From Candidatus Subterrananammoxibius californiae (lineage in GTDB: Bacteria > Planctomycetota > Brocadiia > Brocadiales > Subterrananammoxibiaceae), in contig JAURAC010000007.1 of NCBI GenBank assembly GCA_030586555.1, positions 1 to 64,000 of the forward strand: a stretch of 64,000 nucleotides of DNA, given 5' to 3'. Shown piece after piece: positions 1 to 10,335 of the stretch. The number at the start of each line of letters is the position of its first letter. Position 1 is the first letter of the stretch. The notes beneath the pieces were generated by a model that saw nothing but the letters and a program-made list of their open reading frames with translations, searched no databases and was not told the origin of the DNA. The position numbers and the translations under genes were made by a program.

Positions 1-1
1 A

Positions 2-1618
2 AACTATATACTTATGGAATGCGGTCAGCCACTACATGCCTTTGACCTCGATAGGTTAAATGATAAAAAGATTATTGTCCGTCGTGCAAAAAAAGGTGAA
101 AAGATAATTGCTATTAATGGTGACGAATACAGTTTGACGCCGGAAGCATTGGTAATTGCAGATGCAAAGAAACCGGTTGCTATCGCAGGGGTAATGGGAG
201 GAGTGGAAACAGAAGTTAGTAGCAGCACAAAAAATCTACTTCTTGAGTGTGCAAGATTCAAGCCCGCAAACATCCGTCGAACATCGAGAAGACTGAGACT
301 AACGTCTGATTCCGCTTATCGTTTTGAAAGGGGGGGTGACCCTGAAGGCATTGATTGGGCATCCATGCGAGCAGCAAAATTAATTAATGAGGTTGCGGAG
401 GGGCAGATTCTTGCCGGTGTGTTGGGCAAGAGATACGACAGGTTGCAAAAAAGAAAGGTCGTCCTCAGGATAGACCGTTTAAACAAGGTACTTGGAACTA
501 TCATAGATAAAGAAACATCAAAGAATATTCTCGCGCATCTTCAGTTTTCTATTGCTAAAGAGGGAAGAAATACCATTACAGTATCGGTACCCAGCTTCCG
601 TGCCGATGTGTATCGTGAAATTGACCTTATCGAAGAAATTGCCAGTATATATGGATATGACAAGATACCTACAACGACTAATATCAGCGTTTGTGCTGTT
701 GAGAAAAATAAGACAGAATTAGCAGAAGAAAAGGTTAGAAACCTATTGACAGGATTGGGCTTTTCTGAAGTTGTTACTTACAGTATTGTTGATAATTCAC
801 CCCTGCAAAAAGTGAGCATATGGTCTAACGGGAAGCATATAACCTTACGTAATCCTATCAGAAAAGAAGATGATAGACTGCGCATAACTCTCCTCGGAAA
901 TCTCCTTAATGTCAGAAAATATAATCAGGACCATGGCGTTGAAAGAACCCAGATATTCGAGCTTTCCAAGATATATTTACCAAAGGATAGCGAAAAATTA
1001 CCTGAAGAAAAGACCGTTTTGAGTATCCTTTCTGAGGACGGTTTCCTTGCATTAAAAGGCGTAATAGAGTCTATCTTTGAGGTTTTAGGCATTACGGATA
1101 GTTATCGTTGGGTATCCCACAGGCTTGACTTCTTTAATGAAAAGAAATCTGCAAAGATTCTCTTAAATGATTCTGTTTTAGGTTTTATCGGAGAGATATG
1201 TACAAGTCACGGGTTACGAGTCACGAGCCACGGCTCAACCCCAGCCCTTGCCGAACTTGATTTTGACATGCTTTTGAGCAAGGCAGGGGAAGCAAGGGTA
1301 TTTACCAGGCTACCATCTTTTCCCGTGATAACAAGAGACATTGCGATAGTTGTTGATGAAAAAAAAACCTGGGAAAGTATAAAGGATTGTGTTAAGTCCG
1401 CTGGGATAAATTTCCTTGAAACAATAGAATTTTTTGATATATATAAAGGGAAGCAGGTTGAACCTGGTAAGAAAAGCATCGCCTTTTCACTGAGATTTCG
1501 AGCCCCAAACAGAACCCTTAAAAGCGAAGAAGCAGATACCTTCCAGCAGACCATTATACAGAAACTAAATGAAAAGCTTGGCGCTGTATTACGTACGGAA
1601 ATAAGCGGTCAGCTATGA
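2..1618 (+). CDS. pheT: Phenylalanyl-tRNA synthetase beta subunit (5' partial)
   Basis: Frame is open from the window edge (NYILMECGQPLHAFD); LAGVMGG-like IAGVMGG, SAYRFERG, PSFRADV..EIDLIEEIA and C-terminal FDX-ACB (RDIAIVV, FDIYKG, KSIAFSL) motifs. Confidence 0.97.
   Translation, partial: NYILMECGQPLHAFDLDRLNDKKIIVRRAKKGEKIIAINGDEYSLTPEALVIADAKKPVAIAGVMGGVETEVSSSTKNLLLECARFKPANIRRTSRRLRLTSDSAYRFERGGDPEGIDWASMRAAKLINEVAEGQILAGVLGKRYDRLQKRKVVLRIDRLNKVLGTIIDKETSKNILAHLQFSIAKEGRNTITVSVPSFRADVYREIDLIEEIASIYGYDKIPTTTNISVCAVEKNKTELAEEKVRNLLTGLGFSEVVTYSIVDNSPLQKVSIWSNGKHITLRNPIRKEDDRLRITLLGNLLNVRKYNQDHGVERTQIFELSKIYLPKDSEKLPEEKTVLSILSEDGFLALKGVIESIFEVLGITDSYRWVSHRLDFFNEKKSAKILLNDSVLGFIGEICTSHGLRVTSHGSTPALAELDFDMLLSKAGEARVFTRLPSFPVITRDIAIVVDEKKTWESIKDCVKSAGINFLETIEFFDIYKGKQVEPGKKSIAFSLRFRAPNRTLKSEEADTFQQTIIQKLNEKLGAVLRTEISGQL
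1204..1238. repeat. Degenerate heptamer array in-frame inside pheT
   Basis: aagtcac gggttac gagtcac gagccac ggctcaa, encoding TSHGLRVTSHGS. Confidence 0.7.
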
Positions 1619-1624
1619 GCCAAT

Positions 1625-2044
1625 TCAATGTGACAGGGCTACGCTTTTACTCCATTCGCCAACGATTTCAGAAGCTTTTTTTAAATCCGATACCCATAAG
1701 ATACCGATACCCTTGCCTTCTTCAACGCCAACACTGCCGTAAGCATATTCAATATTAATGCGTGCCTTTGAGAGTTGTCGGGTACTTTCTGCCAGCGCAC
1801 CAGGCCTGTTGGGCATATCCACCATCAAAACTTCATTTTCAAGCACTGTGTGGCCAGCTTCTTTCAATATTGCTTTAGCGCTCGTTGGGTCGCTTACAAC
1901 TATTCTCAGGAGCGCTGTATCAATTGTATCAGCCACTGAAAAAGCGAATATATTAATCTTTTTCAACGCCAATATGGAACAAATATCGGCTAAGGCGCCG
2001 GGTTTATTCTCAATCAAGACGGTTAGTTGTTTTACAATTGGCAT
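1625..2044 (-). CDS. Tandem ACT-domain protein
   Basis: Two ACT motifs (ENKPGAL, PNRPGAL..INIEYAY); start moved to MPIVKQL, which follows an AAGGAG SD. Confidence 0.88.
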   Translation of the reverse strand: MPIVKQLTVLIENKPGALADICSILALKKINIFAFSVADTIDTALLRIVVSDPTSAKAILKEAGHTVLENEVLMVDMPNRPGALAESTRQLSKARINIEYAYGSVGVEEGKGIGILWVSDLKKASEIVGEWSKSVALSH

Positions 2045-2090
2045 AATATATCGTTTTCTCCTTTCCAGGAGTAATTTATTATTTAAGAAC

Positions 2091-2134
2091 AAAAAAGCGG
2101 CGCTCCCGGTGCTACATGGTTTAACGCCGCTTTT
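2091..2134 (-). terminator. Intrinsic terminator after the octaheme gene
   Basis: aaaagcggcg (2093-2102) / cgccgctttt (2125-2134) inverted repeat, with a T run on the minus strand. Confidence 0.65.
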
Positions 2135-2172
2135 AGGTGTTCTAAGTAAAGTAGGTTGCATCCATAAAAAAC

Positions 2173-3756
2173 CTAATGAGACTCTCCTCGACATGGATGT
2201 GAACCGTGCAAACATTCCTCAGGATGCAAATCACCATCTTTTCTCTTCCAGCCAGTAAGCAAGTCGGTATATTCACCATGCTTCCAGAAGTCAAATGCCT
2301 TATGCTGTATGCCATAATGTTTTTCCAATCGAGCCATTCTTTTTAGCTTGCTTGCCTCGGCTTTTATTTGTGTCAATTGCCTATCCGCAGGAAATGCGCC
2401 ATGTGTGTACGTGGCGTGCATCAACGACCCATGCGCCCTTGCCTTATAGATACGGGCAATCTGATAGCAAATCATTTCAAATGCAAGTCTTTCTATGTTA
2501 GATATATTGTACATCCTTGGCTCGCCGCCAGGTAACAAACTGAATGTGTAGTGCCCGTACCAGTCGGGGGCAAGGTCAGCAGGCATTGGGTCTATTACAC
2601 CTTCGAGGTAACAACCTACAACGACGTTAACTGCCTCACGCCATTTTGCAAAGCTCACGTTTATTGCCTCATCCATTGCCTCAAGGAAGTCCCTGGCAAA
2701 TCTCGGCGAATGACAGTTCTTGCATACGTTAACCCAGGAATCTCTTTTTGAGTTCCATTTCAGGGCGCCACGGTCAACAAGGAACATACCCATGTCGCTG
2801 TATGTGGTTGAGAATGCTTGTGTATTGTGTTCGCCATCTCGCATGTGGCAGTATGAGCAGGATGGAACCCTGTAATTGTCACCCTTAGCTGGTTTGTTCC
2901 AATCCCAGGTATTTCCCTCTGCTTCATAAATAGCGCCGTGTGTAGAGCCCATCCATGCTTCCCATTCTGCGTGGTCAACACCCTGATGGCACATCATGCA
3001 CGCGCTTGGTCTTCTTGATTCTGCGGCAGAGAATTTGTGGCGGGTATGGCAGCCATCGCATCTGTTTTCAATAATTCCGTGACATTCAGCGCAGGCTGAT
3101 ACCTCCTCAGGTGGTTTTCCAACGTGCCAGTCAAACTCTACAGTATTAATATGAAAGGCATAAGAATGGCCTCCTAACCCACTGCCTGTGTGTCCTGCCA
3201 CCTGGGTTGGGTGACATTCTTTGCATGTCTCATGTGTGGGTAATGTTAACTGCATGTGGTTAGACCCGTGACACTTTACGCAGGTTGCCCCTTCTTTACC
3301 CTCCGGAGGAGTTGCATGTCTACTTACCTTCCAGTCCTTTACTATCGTAGGGGTCTGAGCTGTGTGGCATATTATGCATTCTTCTTGCTTGAAGGTGCCT
3401 TCAACCTCCTGCGTAGAAGTATAATAATGTGCGGGGTCGTACCACCGTATCACCGGCAGAAAATAAAAGAGGTCCTTATATTTGCCTTCGCCAGGCAGTA
3501 TGTTCTCTGGTCCTGTATATGTGGCGGTTAGACCAAATACATATTTCTCGCCGGAATCATCTGGTCCCACTGCTTGACCAAATATTTTTGAGGCTACTTC
3601 CTGAAATGATGGCCCTGCGGCGGCAACCCTTTTTCCAGGAGCAGTGGTGGGAGCAGGCTTTTCATCTCCGGGTTTAAGATAACTGAGCACCACCAGTAAA
3701 AATACTATCCCAAGAACAAAAACGAAAAGATAACGGTTTTTTTTGTTACCTGCCAT
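2173..3756 (-). CDS. hao: Octaheme hydroxylamine oxidoreductase family protein, anammox hydroxylamine oxidase (HOX)-like
   Basis: Eight CxxCH motifs (CIICH, CVKCH, CKECH, CAECH, CDGCH, CMMCH, CSYCH, CKNCH); DH pair after heme 6; YSDMGMF, DWYGHYTFSLLPGG and FWKHGEY segments that I recall from Kuenenia HOX; C-terminal ATY tyrosine. Confidence 0.93.
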   Translation of the reverse strand: MAGNKKNRYLFVFVLGIVFLLVVLSYLKPGDEKPAPTTAPGKRVAAAGPSFQEVASKIFGQAVGPDDSGEKYVFGLTATYTGPENILPGEGKYKDLFYFLPVIRWYDPAHYYTSTQEVEGTFKQEECIICHTAQTPTIVKDWKVSRHATPPEGKEGATCVKCHGSNHMQLTLPTHETCKECHPTQVAGHTGSGLGGHSYAFHINTVEFDWHVGKPPEEVSACAECHGIIENRCDGCHTRHKFSAAESRRPSACMMCHQGVDHAEWEAWMGSTHGAIYEAEGNTWDWNKPAKGDNYRVPSCSYCHMRDGEHNTQAFSTTYSDMGMFLVDRGALKWNSKRDSWVNVCKNCHSPRFARDFLEAMDEAINVSFAKWREAVNVVVGCYLEGVIDPMPADLAPDWYGHYTFSLLPGGEPRMYNISNIERLAFEMICYQIARIYKARAHGSLMHATYTHGAFPADRQLTQIKAEASKLKRMARLEKHYGIQHKAFDFWKHGEYTDLLTGWKRKDGDLHPEECLHGSHPCRGESH

Positions 3757-3885
3757 GCCTTTTCTCCCCCTTTCTTTTTCCTATCACACCGATGGGTGAT
3801 AGACAGCTATCGTCCAGAATATTGCACCGCCTCCCCGACGGTATGCTTGCAAATTTAAGTAGTCCCAAGTCATCGAAGTGTGGAT

Positions 3886-3913
3886 ATTTTACTACGTAGA
3901 AGAAAGAAGTCAA
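3886..3913 (-). promoter_or_regulatory. Sigma70-like promoter for hao
   Basis: TTGACT-N16-TAAAAT on the minus strand. Confidence 0.5.
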
Positions 3914-4007
3914 GTAAAATTATTCTTTTTATCCACCCTGTAGGATTATAGTCAATTAATCTTACGGTTCTTTGCCCTCATAATAGACTAAAGGATTAAT
4001 TCAAACC

Positions 4008-4757
4008 TTACGTCTGCATTTCTACAAGTAGTTCGTGTGGCAGGTTAAAGTTTGCGTGGACGGCCTGGACGTCATCGTGGTCTTCGAGGGCTTCCATGAG
4101 CTCTACAATCCTTTTTCCAGACCTTTTATCTAAATCAACGAAGCTTTTTGGTATCCAGCTTATTTCCGCAGATATGGGCGTAATGTTGTGCTTTTGTAAT
4201 TCGTCCCTTAAAGATTCAAAATCGGCTGGCGCGCAGGTTACCTGATATGTATTTTCGACCTTTTCCATGTCCTCTGCGCCTGCTTCGAGGATTAGCGTCA
4301 TAAGTGAGTCTTCATCTACATCGGCATTATTAATTACGAACAGCCCCTTCTTTTCAAACATCCAGGATACACAACCAGCTTCGCCGAGATTACCGCCGTA
4401 TCTATCGAAGACTTTCCTTATCTCAGAGGCAGTTCTATTCCTGTTATCTGTCAGTATTTCCACAATCATAGCTACGCCAGAAGGGCCATACCCTTCGTAA
4501 AGGCATTCTTGAAGTTCACTACCTGCCAGTTCTCCGGTGCCTTTCAATATAGCCCGTTCTATGTTCTCTTTCGGCATGTTGTTGGCTCTTGCTGTTTCGA
4601 TGGCGTACTGAAGCTTTACATTCATATCAGGGTCTCCACCCCCTTGTCTTGCTGCAACGGTTAGCATTCGTGCCATCTTGGTAAAAATCTTGCCCCTTTT
4701 GGCATCCGCCGCACCTTTTTTGTGTCTAATAGTAGCCCAATGTGAATGTCCAGACAT
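4008..4757 (-). CDS. yebC: YebC/PmpR family protein
   Basis: MSGHSHWATIRHKKGAADAKRGK, YEGYGPSG, TDNRNRT, LEDHDDVQ. Confidence 0.96.
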   Translation of the reverse strand: MSGHSHWATIRHKKGAADAKRGKIFTKMARMLTVAARQGGGDPDMNVKLQYAIETARANNMPKENIERAILKGTGELAGSELQECLYEGYGPSGVAMIVEILTDNRNRTASEIRKVFDRYGGNLGEAGCVSWMFEKKGLFVINNADVDEDSLMTLILEAGAEDMEKVENTYQVTCAPADFESLRDELQKHNITPISAEISWIPKSFVDLDKRSGKRIVELMEALEDHDDVQAVHANFNLPHELLVEMQT

Positions 4758-4760
4758 TTT

Positions 4761-6350
4761 TCATCTCCCAAACATGAGTCTTGCGTCTTGAGTCAGGAGT
4801 CTGGAGTCTTGACTCAAAACTCTCAACTCTTCACTCTCGACTCTCTTAAGGTATTGTAACTTTTCGATTCTTTCTTTTATGTTCTGTTTAGTGGTTGATT
4901 CTTGAGTATCTTCTTTTTGCAATCCAAGCGCCTTTTCCCATAGTTCTTCAGCCTTTTCCCAGCAACCGAGGCTGTAGTATACTTCTCCGAGGTGTTCGAG
5001 AATTAAGGAGTCTTCTGTACTTTGTGATGCGGCGGTCAGCTTCTCTAATGCTAACTCCAGTTTGTCTACCTTGCCTTCTATTGTAGCCTCTTTATAATAT
5101 GCCCATCCAAGGCTGTCAAGATATGCGCCGTTTTTCGGGTCTGCTTCGAGTGCCTTTTTAATTAATTGAATGGCTTCGTCCAGATTTACGCCTCTTTCGA
5201 CGTAAAAGTAACCAAGGAAATTGCTGGCTTGATGGCAATTAGGGTCTATTTTAAGAGTGTCTTTTAATTCCTTTTCCACCATATCGTAGCGGTTTATCTC
5301 GTAATAGAGATTGGCAAGATTGTAGTGTATATTCTTGTTAGTTTCGCTACCGAAAGGCATTGTTGTGGCTTGTTTCAGGACTTCGATAGCCTCTTTTTTG
5401 TGGTCTTGCTTACGCAATAATTGGGAAAACGCAAGGAATTCATCGCCATCTTTACTGCCCCCGCCAATGCTATTTTTGAGGATTGTAAAAGCTTTTTGTT
5501 CAAGTGATAAGGCTTTTTCATGCTGCTTTGTTTTTTCGTATAAATCCGCAAGGCCAAGGAGCATTACCCAGTTGTCAGGATATTCGGCAAGATACATTTC
5601 TGTTTCGCTAACAGCTTTGTCAACGTTACCGAGTTGTTCATAACAAATTGCAAGATAAAAATGAACCAGCGCAAGACCGGGGTCAAGTTCTCCAGCCTTT
5701 TCGAATGCTTCCATTGCCTTTTTAATATCATTACCTTGTAAGTACACCTGACCTATCTCGCATTGTATTTTTGCCGGCTCGCTGACAATGCCTGTTTCCA
5801 TAAGCTTTGAATAAAAATCGAGCGCCTTCTGAAAATCGCCTTTTTTTGCATACAGATGGCACAGGCGATAATATATATCAGCCAGAAATTCTTGATAACC
5901 CTTACCCGTTTTGCATTTGATAGCCCGCTCGTACCCAAGGATTGCTTTATCCAACCTTCCCTCTGTCTCACAGAGATTGGCATACAAATAATGGATGTTA
6001 AACTCCTCAGGACGGAGGGTTGATATCTTTTCTAATGCTTGGAGGGACCTTTCCTTATCCTCTAACTGGAAATAACAAGCAGCGAGGTGATGGAGGATTC
6101 TTTCCTCGCCCGGCTGAAGCTCTGCGGCTGTTTCAAAGAAATGTACTGCCGTTCTCCACTGACCATTCAACATATAATATACCCCGGTACAAAAATTTGC
6201 CTGAGCTTTTAACGTTGCCTCTGTTGCCGAAGCACTTTTTATTGGGGTTGACTGTGATACCCTTTTCTCTATGGTACTACAACCACATATAATTACTAAG
6301 TATCCCAGGATAAATACGAACGATAGGAAAGAGAAAAAATAGGGACACAT
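4761..6350 (-). CDS. TPR-repeat protein, possible lipoprotein (start uncertain)
   Basis: Multiple TPRs; NFLGY..ERG.NLDEA and AYLDSLGWAYY motifs; hydrophobic N-region followed by ICGC lipobox-like sequence; the ORF-track start at 6452 overlaps hisG and a repeat. Confidence 0.85.
   Translation of the reverse strand: MCPYFFSFLSFVFILGYLVIICGCSTIEKRVSQSTPIKSASATEATLKAQANFCTGVYYMLNGQWRTAVHFFETAAELQPGEERILHHLAACYFQLEDKERSLQALEKISTLRPEEFNIHYLYANLCETEGRLDKAILGYERAIKCKTGKGYQEFLADIYYRLCHLYAKKGDFQKALDFYSKLMETGIVSEPAKIQCEIGQVYLQGNDIKKAMEAFEKAGELDPGLALVHFYLAICYEQLGNVDKAVSETEMYLAEYPDNWVMLLGLADLYEKTKQHEKALSLEQKAFTILKNSIGGGSKDGDEFLAFSQLLRKQDHKKEAIEVLKQATTMPFGSETNKNIHYNLANLYYEINRYDMVEKELKDTLKIDPNCHQASNFLGYFYVERGVNLDEAIQLIKKALEADPKNGAYLDSLGWAYYKEATIEGKVDKLELALEKLTAASQSTEDSLILEHLGEVYYSLGCWEKAEELWEKALGLQKEDTQESTTKQNIKERIEKLQYLKRVESEELRVLSQDSRLLTQDARLMFGR
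4776..4845. repeat. GAGTCNN heptamer array with inverted ACTC partner, forming the TPR C-terminus
   Basis: gagtctt gcgtctt gagtcag gagtctg gagtctt, then gactcaa aactctc aactctt cactctc gactctc. Confidence 0.8.
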
Positions 6351-6410
6351 CCCATTTTTTCGATAAAGAATAGATGGTTTGTTAAAAAAATGGGATGAGT
6401 CCCCATTTTT
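6335..6410. repeat. 26-bp inverted repeat (GGGAC..TCCC REP-like)
   Basis: 6335-6360 and 6385-6410 are reverse complements at 24/26. Confidence 0.8.
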
Positions 6411-6420
6411 GTCCCCATTT

Positions 6421-7293
6421 TTAAAGAATAACCTTGTTAAGCGAGTATTCAATTATGCCCTCTGCGCCAGCCCGTTTCAACATGGGAACAATCCTGCGTA
6501 CAACATTTTCATCAATCACGGTTTCTATTGCGTATCCTGCACCCTCTGAAAGGGTGGAAATAGTGGGTTTTCTCAATGCGGGAAGTTCTTTTAAGACGCG
6601 GTCTAAACGGTCGGCTGGAACATTCATCTTAAGACCCACCTTATCACAGGCAAGGATTGCTCCCTTAAAAAGCATGGCAAGATTTTCTATCTTATGTCTT
6701 TTCCACCCATCTTGCCAGGCTGCATGGTTGGCTATAAATTGTGTTGTGGATTCCATAACTGTATCAACAATGCGAAGCTTATTGGCCTTAAGGCTGCTTC
6801 CCGTCTCTGTTAATTCCACTATTGCATCTACCAACTGAGGAACTTTAATCTCCGTAGCCCCGTGAGAGAACTCCACTTCCGCATGGACACTATTTCTTGA
6901 TAAATACTGTTTTGTTACATTTACAAGCTCGGTGGCAATTTTCTTACCTTGCAAATCCTTAACCGATTTAATTGCAGAATCTTCTGCAACTGCCAGGACC
7001 CACCGAACCTTGGTATTCCGTTGCTTGGCATATATAAGTTCTTCAACCACTTTAACATCAGAACCATTTTCTTTGACCCAGTCCTCGCCGGTAAGGCCAA
7101 CATCCAATATCCCCCTTTCAACGTATCTCGACATATCCTGGGGTCTTACCAGACAGGCTGATAGGTCTTCGTCGTCAATAGATGGATAGTATGAACGGCT
7201 ACTAATGTAGACCTTGAAGCCTGCCTTCTTCATCATTTCAATTGTAGCCTCTTGCAAGCTCCCTTTTGGGATTCCTATATTTAGTTTTGGCAT
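6421..7293 (-). CDS. hisG: ATP phosphoribosyltransferase (long form)
   Basis: GIPKGSL, RPQDM..YVE.G.LDVG.TG.D, GATE, ETGSSL..N.L and the C-terminal regulatory domain. Confidence 0.96.
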   Translation of the reverse strand: MPKLNIGIPKGSLQEATIEMMKKAGFKVYISSRSYYPSIDDEDLSACLVRPQDMSRYVERGILDVGLTGEDWVKENGSDVKVVEELIYAKQRNTKVRWVLAVAEDSAIKSVKDLQGKKIATELVNVTKQYLSRNSVHAEVEFSHGATEIKVPQLVDAIVELTETGSSLKANKLRIVDTVMESTTQFIANHAAWQDGWKRHKIENLAMLFKGAILACDKVGLKMNVPADRLDRVLKELPALRKPTISTLSEGAGYAIETVIDENVVRRIVPMLKRAGAEGIIEYSLNKVIL

Positions 7294-7323
7294 AAGTTTT
7301 CGTGGATGCTCCTCAAATTATTA

Positions 7324-7704
7324 TTAATCTGGTTCTGGTATGTCATAACGAATCTCATTCTTTTCTTTTGTTACCTCATCAATGAGTTTCAATACATGCA
7401 GGCTTTTTTTCAACGATTTATCAAGGCAAAACGTAATCACAGGGGTGTAACGCATCTTTAATCTTGTTGCAATCTCTCTCTGGATGTAGCCTCTGGCATG
7501 CTCAAGACCTCTCAATACAGTCTTTTGAGAGACCTCGTCTCCTAATATGGATATCAGGACCTTTGCGGTCCTTAAATCTGGAGATGCTTCCACATTGGTG
7601 ATGGTGAGGAAGGCTATTCTCGGGTCTTTAAGTTCATATAATACTATTTTGCTAACTTCCTGCCTTATAGCTTCCTCTACCCTTTTAACCCTTCGGGACA
7701 CCAT
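7324..7704 (-). CDS. rbfA: Ribosome-binding factor A
   Basis: R..RVEE.I, LKDPRI, SPDLR.AKV, MRYTP; lies in the nusA-infB operon. Confidence 0.95.
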   Translation of the reverse strand: MVSRRVKRVEEAIRQEVSKIVLYELKDPRIAFLTITNVEASPDLRTAKVLISILGDEVSQKTVLRGLEHARGYIQREIATRLKMRYTPVITFCLDKSLKKSLHVLKLIDEVTKEKNEIRYDIPEPD

Positions 7705-7742
7705 GGTAAAATGACACCTTCTATAATAATGTCAAGCATTCG

Positions 7743-8024
7743 TCAAATAAATTCAAGCTCGTAGTCTATTAGTTCAGCAGATGGAAAAGTGCGCAAGGAG
7801 TTTATAATCGTAGATAATACCCCATTTACGTGACGTCTATCAGTTCCCACCATTGCGATTCCCAGTACGCAGTGTTGTTTGCTGTCCTGTGCGCCAATTT
7901 CCGAAACAGAAACGTTAAAATTATTTCTTGTACGGTCTTTGAGGCTTTTTATAATGCGGCGTTTATCTTTTAAAGAACGCGCATCTCGAGTCATTAACTT
8001 GATACTTAGTGTACCAACAACCAT
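7743..8024 (-). CDS. DUF503/YlxP family protein
   Basis: MVVG..L, SLKDKRR, FNVSVSEI; position between infB and rbfA. Confidence 0.9.
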   Translation of the reverse strand: MVVGTLSIKLMTRDARSLKDKRRIIKSLKDRTRNNFNVSVSEIGAQDSKQHCVLGIAMVGTDRRHVNGVLSTIINSLRTFPSAELIDYELEFI

Positions 8025-8059
8025 GTATATTTGGCAGAGCCGCGTAACGAACGGCAAAG

Positions 8060-10282
8060 TTATACAAGTACACGAGCGACCTTTTGAATTTCATAAGCTT
8101 CTATAATGTCGCTCACCTTAATATCGTCATAACCTGCTATTTTTATACCACAATCGTATCCCGCACGCACCTCTTTTACATCATCTTTAACAATCCTTAA
8201 AGAAGCCAACTTGCCATCGTATATCGGGATATTATCACGTATAATGCGAATGGAACAGTTTCGCGTAATCTTTCCACTTATAACATGGCATCCTGCCACA
8301 TTCCCATACTTTGATATCTTATAAACCTGACGAATCTCTACACGACCAAGTATTTCTTCACGCTTCTCTGGTTCCAGCATACCCTCAATTGCAGCCCGGA
8401 TGTCATTTGTTACATCGTAAACGATTTGATAAAGCCTTATTTCTACACCCTTTTCTTCTGCCAGAGAGCGTGCTCTATCCTCCGGTCTAATGGAAAATCC
8501 AATCACTATAGCGTCAGAGGCATCGGCAAGGAGGACGTCCGATTCTGTTACTGCCCCTACGCCGCTGTGTAAGATTCTTACCTTAACCTCTTCGGTAGAG
8601 AGTTCCTCTAACAGTTTGCAAAGAACCTCAACAGAACCCTTTACATCAGCCTTCAGGATGATGGTTATTTCTTTAATTTTTCCTTCTTCAATCTTTGAGT
8701 AAAGATTTTCAAGCGTTATGTGACGGCGTTCTGCCAGTGCTGTCTTCCTGCGTTTATCCTGCATATCCAGGGCTATCTCTCTGGCTTTTTGAATATCAGT
8801 TACCACGTAGAATTTTTCACCCGCCTCCGGTACCGAGGAAAAGCCTGATACTGCTACCGGGGTCGAGGGCCCAGCCTCTTTTACTTCCTTGCCACGGTCG
8901 TTATACATTATCCTGACCCTGCCGTATGTTCCACCACAGAGTATTATATCGCCCTGACGAAGGATTCCATCTCGAACAAGTACCGTAGCCACAACACCTC
9001 TACCTTCGTGCAACTGGGCTTCAAGAACAACGCCACGAGCAAGTATTTTTGGATTAGCTTTCAGTTCTATAATCTCAGCCTCAAGCAATATCCTATCCAG
9101 TAAATCATCAAGCCCCTTCTTGGTTATGGCGGAAGTTTCGACAAATTGCGCCTTTCCACCCCATTCTTCTGGTACAAGCCCAAGGTTTGCCAGTTGTTGT
9201 TTAACCCTGAGAGGATTTGCCTCTGGCTTATCTATCTTGTTGAGAGCGACAATGATAGGCACATTCGCCGCCTTGGCGTGATTAATGGCCTCCTCTGTTT
9301 GAGGCATTACGCCATCATCGGTAGCAACAACAAGCACGACGACATCTGTTATATGGGAACCCCTTGCACGCATAGCAGTAAAGGCTTCGTGACCCGGCGT
9401 ATCCAGAAAGACCACGGCCTTACCGTTAGTCTCAACAGAATAGGCCCCTATATGCTGAGTTATCCCACCCACCTCGCCACCTGCAACGTTTGTTTGTCTT
9501 ATACTATCAAGGAGGGAAGTCTTCCCATGGTCAACATGGCCCATGAAGGTAACTATAGGCGCCCTTGGCACGATGTCCTCAGCCTTACCGGTTGTCTTTT
9601 CAAGTAAAAGGTCTTCTGCAATATCCTTTGCCTTTTTTAATTCTATTTCCACACCATACTCAAGGCCAAGCATCTGCACCATATCATCATCCAGAACTTG
9701 GTTAATAGTTGCAGTAATATTGTGTTCGAGTAACAACTTTGTAATTATGGCATTTGCCTTGATTCCAAGACCGTTAGATAAATCTTTTACAATAACTGGC
9801 GAGGTTAAGCTAATCTTCTCTTTTTTCTCTTTTACAATAAGCTTCTTGGGTTTTATAACTTCTCTTGGCCGCCACTTTGGAACCCTTCTCCATCTTGGGT
9901 AGGTAACTCCTTCCGCACCCAGCCGCCTTTTCTCCACCTCGACTATCTTATTAATCTTTTTCTTGTATATAGGACGTTTTGGAACTTGTACGAGTTTGTC
10001 CGGGAAAAATATTTGTGTTTTACCCCTTAGATGAATAGCACGATGTGGCTCCTTAACCCCTGTTTCTTCCAAAGTGTGGACAGGTGTAACAACCTGAGGT
10101 GGTGGTGATGGGTGTGTCTTTTTGACACCAAAAATCTCCTTTATCTTCTCAGCCTCTTCCTTGCTTAATGTATTAGCATGGTGAGTAATATGAGTAAATC
10201 CCTGTGCCTGACATTGTTCTATCAACAGGTTACTCTTGACGCTGAGTTCTTTTGCCAGTGCACTTATTCTAATCTTTGACAA
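8060..10282 (-). CDS. infB: Translation initiation factor IF-2
   Basis: [34 protein letters not shown]. Confidence 0.98.
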   Translation of the reverse strand: MSKIRISALAKELSVKSNLLIEQCQAQGFTHITHHANTLSKEEAEKIKEIFGVKKTHPSPPPQVVTPVHTLEETGVKEPHRAIHLRGKTQIFFPDKLVQVPKRPIYKKKINKIVEVEKRRLGAEGVTYPRWRRVPKWRPREVIKPKKLIVKEKKEKISLTSPVIVKDLSNGLGIKANAIITKLLLEHNITATINQVLDDDMVQMLGLEYGVEIELKKAKDIAEDLLLEKTTGKAEDIVPRAPIVTFMGHVDHGKTSLLDSIRQTNVAGGEVGGITQHIGAYSVETNGKAVVFLDTPGHEAFTAMRARGSHITDVVVLVVATDDGVMPQTEEAINHAKAANVPIIVALNKIDKPEANPLRVKQQLANLGLVPEEWGGKAQFVETSAITKKGLDDLLDRILLEAEIIELKANPKILARGVVLEAQLHEGRGVVATVLVRDGILRQGDIILCGGTYGRVRIMYNDRGKEVKEAGPSTPVAVSGFSSVPEAGEKFYVVTDIQKAREIALDMQDKRRKTALAERRHITLENLYSKIEEGKIKEITIILKADVKGSVEVLCKLLEELSTEEVKVRILHSGVGAVTESDVLLADASDAIVIGFSIRPEDRARSLAEEKGVEIRLYQIVYDVTNDIRAAIEGMLEPEKREEILGRVEIRQVYKISKYGNVAGCHVISGKITRNCSIRIIRDNIPIYDGKLASLRIVKDDVKEVRAGYDCGIKIAGYDDIKVSDIIEAYEIQKVARVLV

Positions 10283-10335
10283 CGATGTTACCTCTCTTCC
10301 TTATTCAACAGGAAATAACCAATATGGAATATTGG

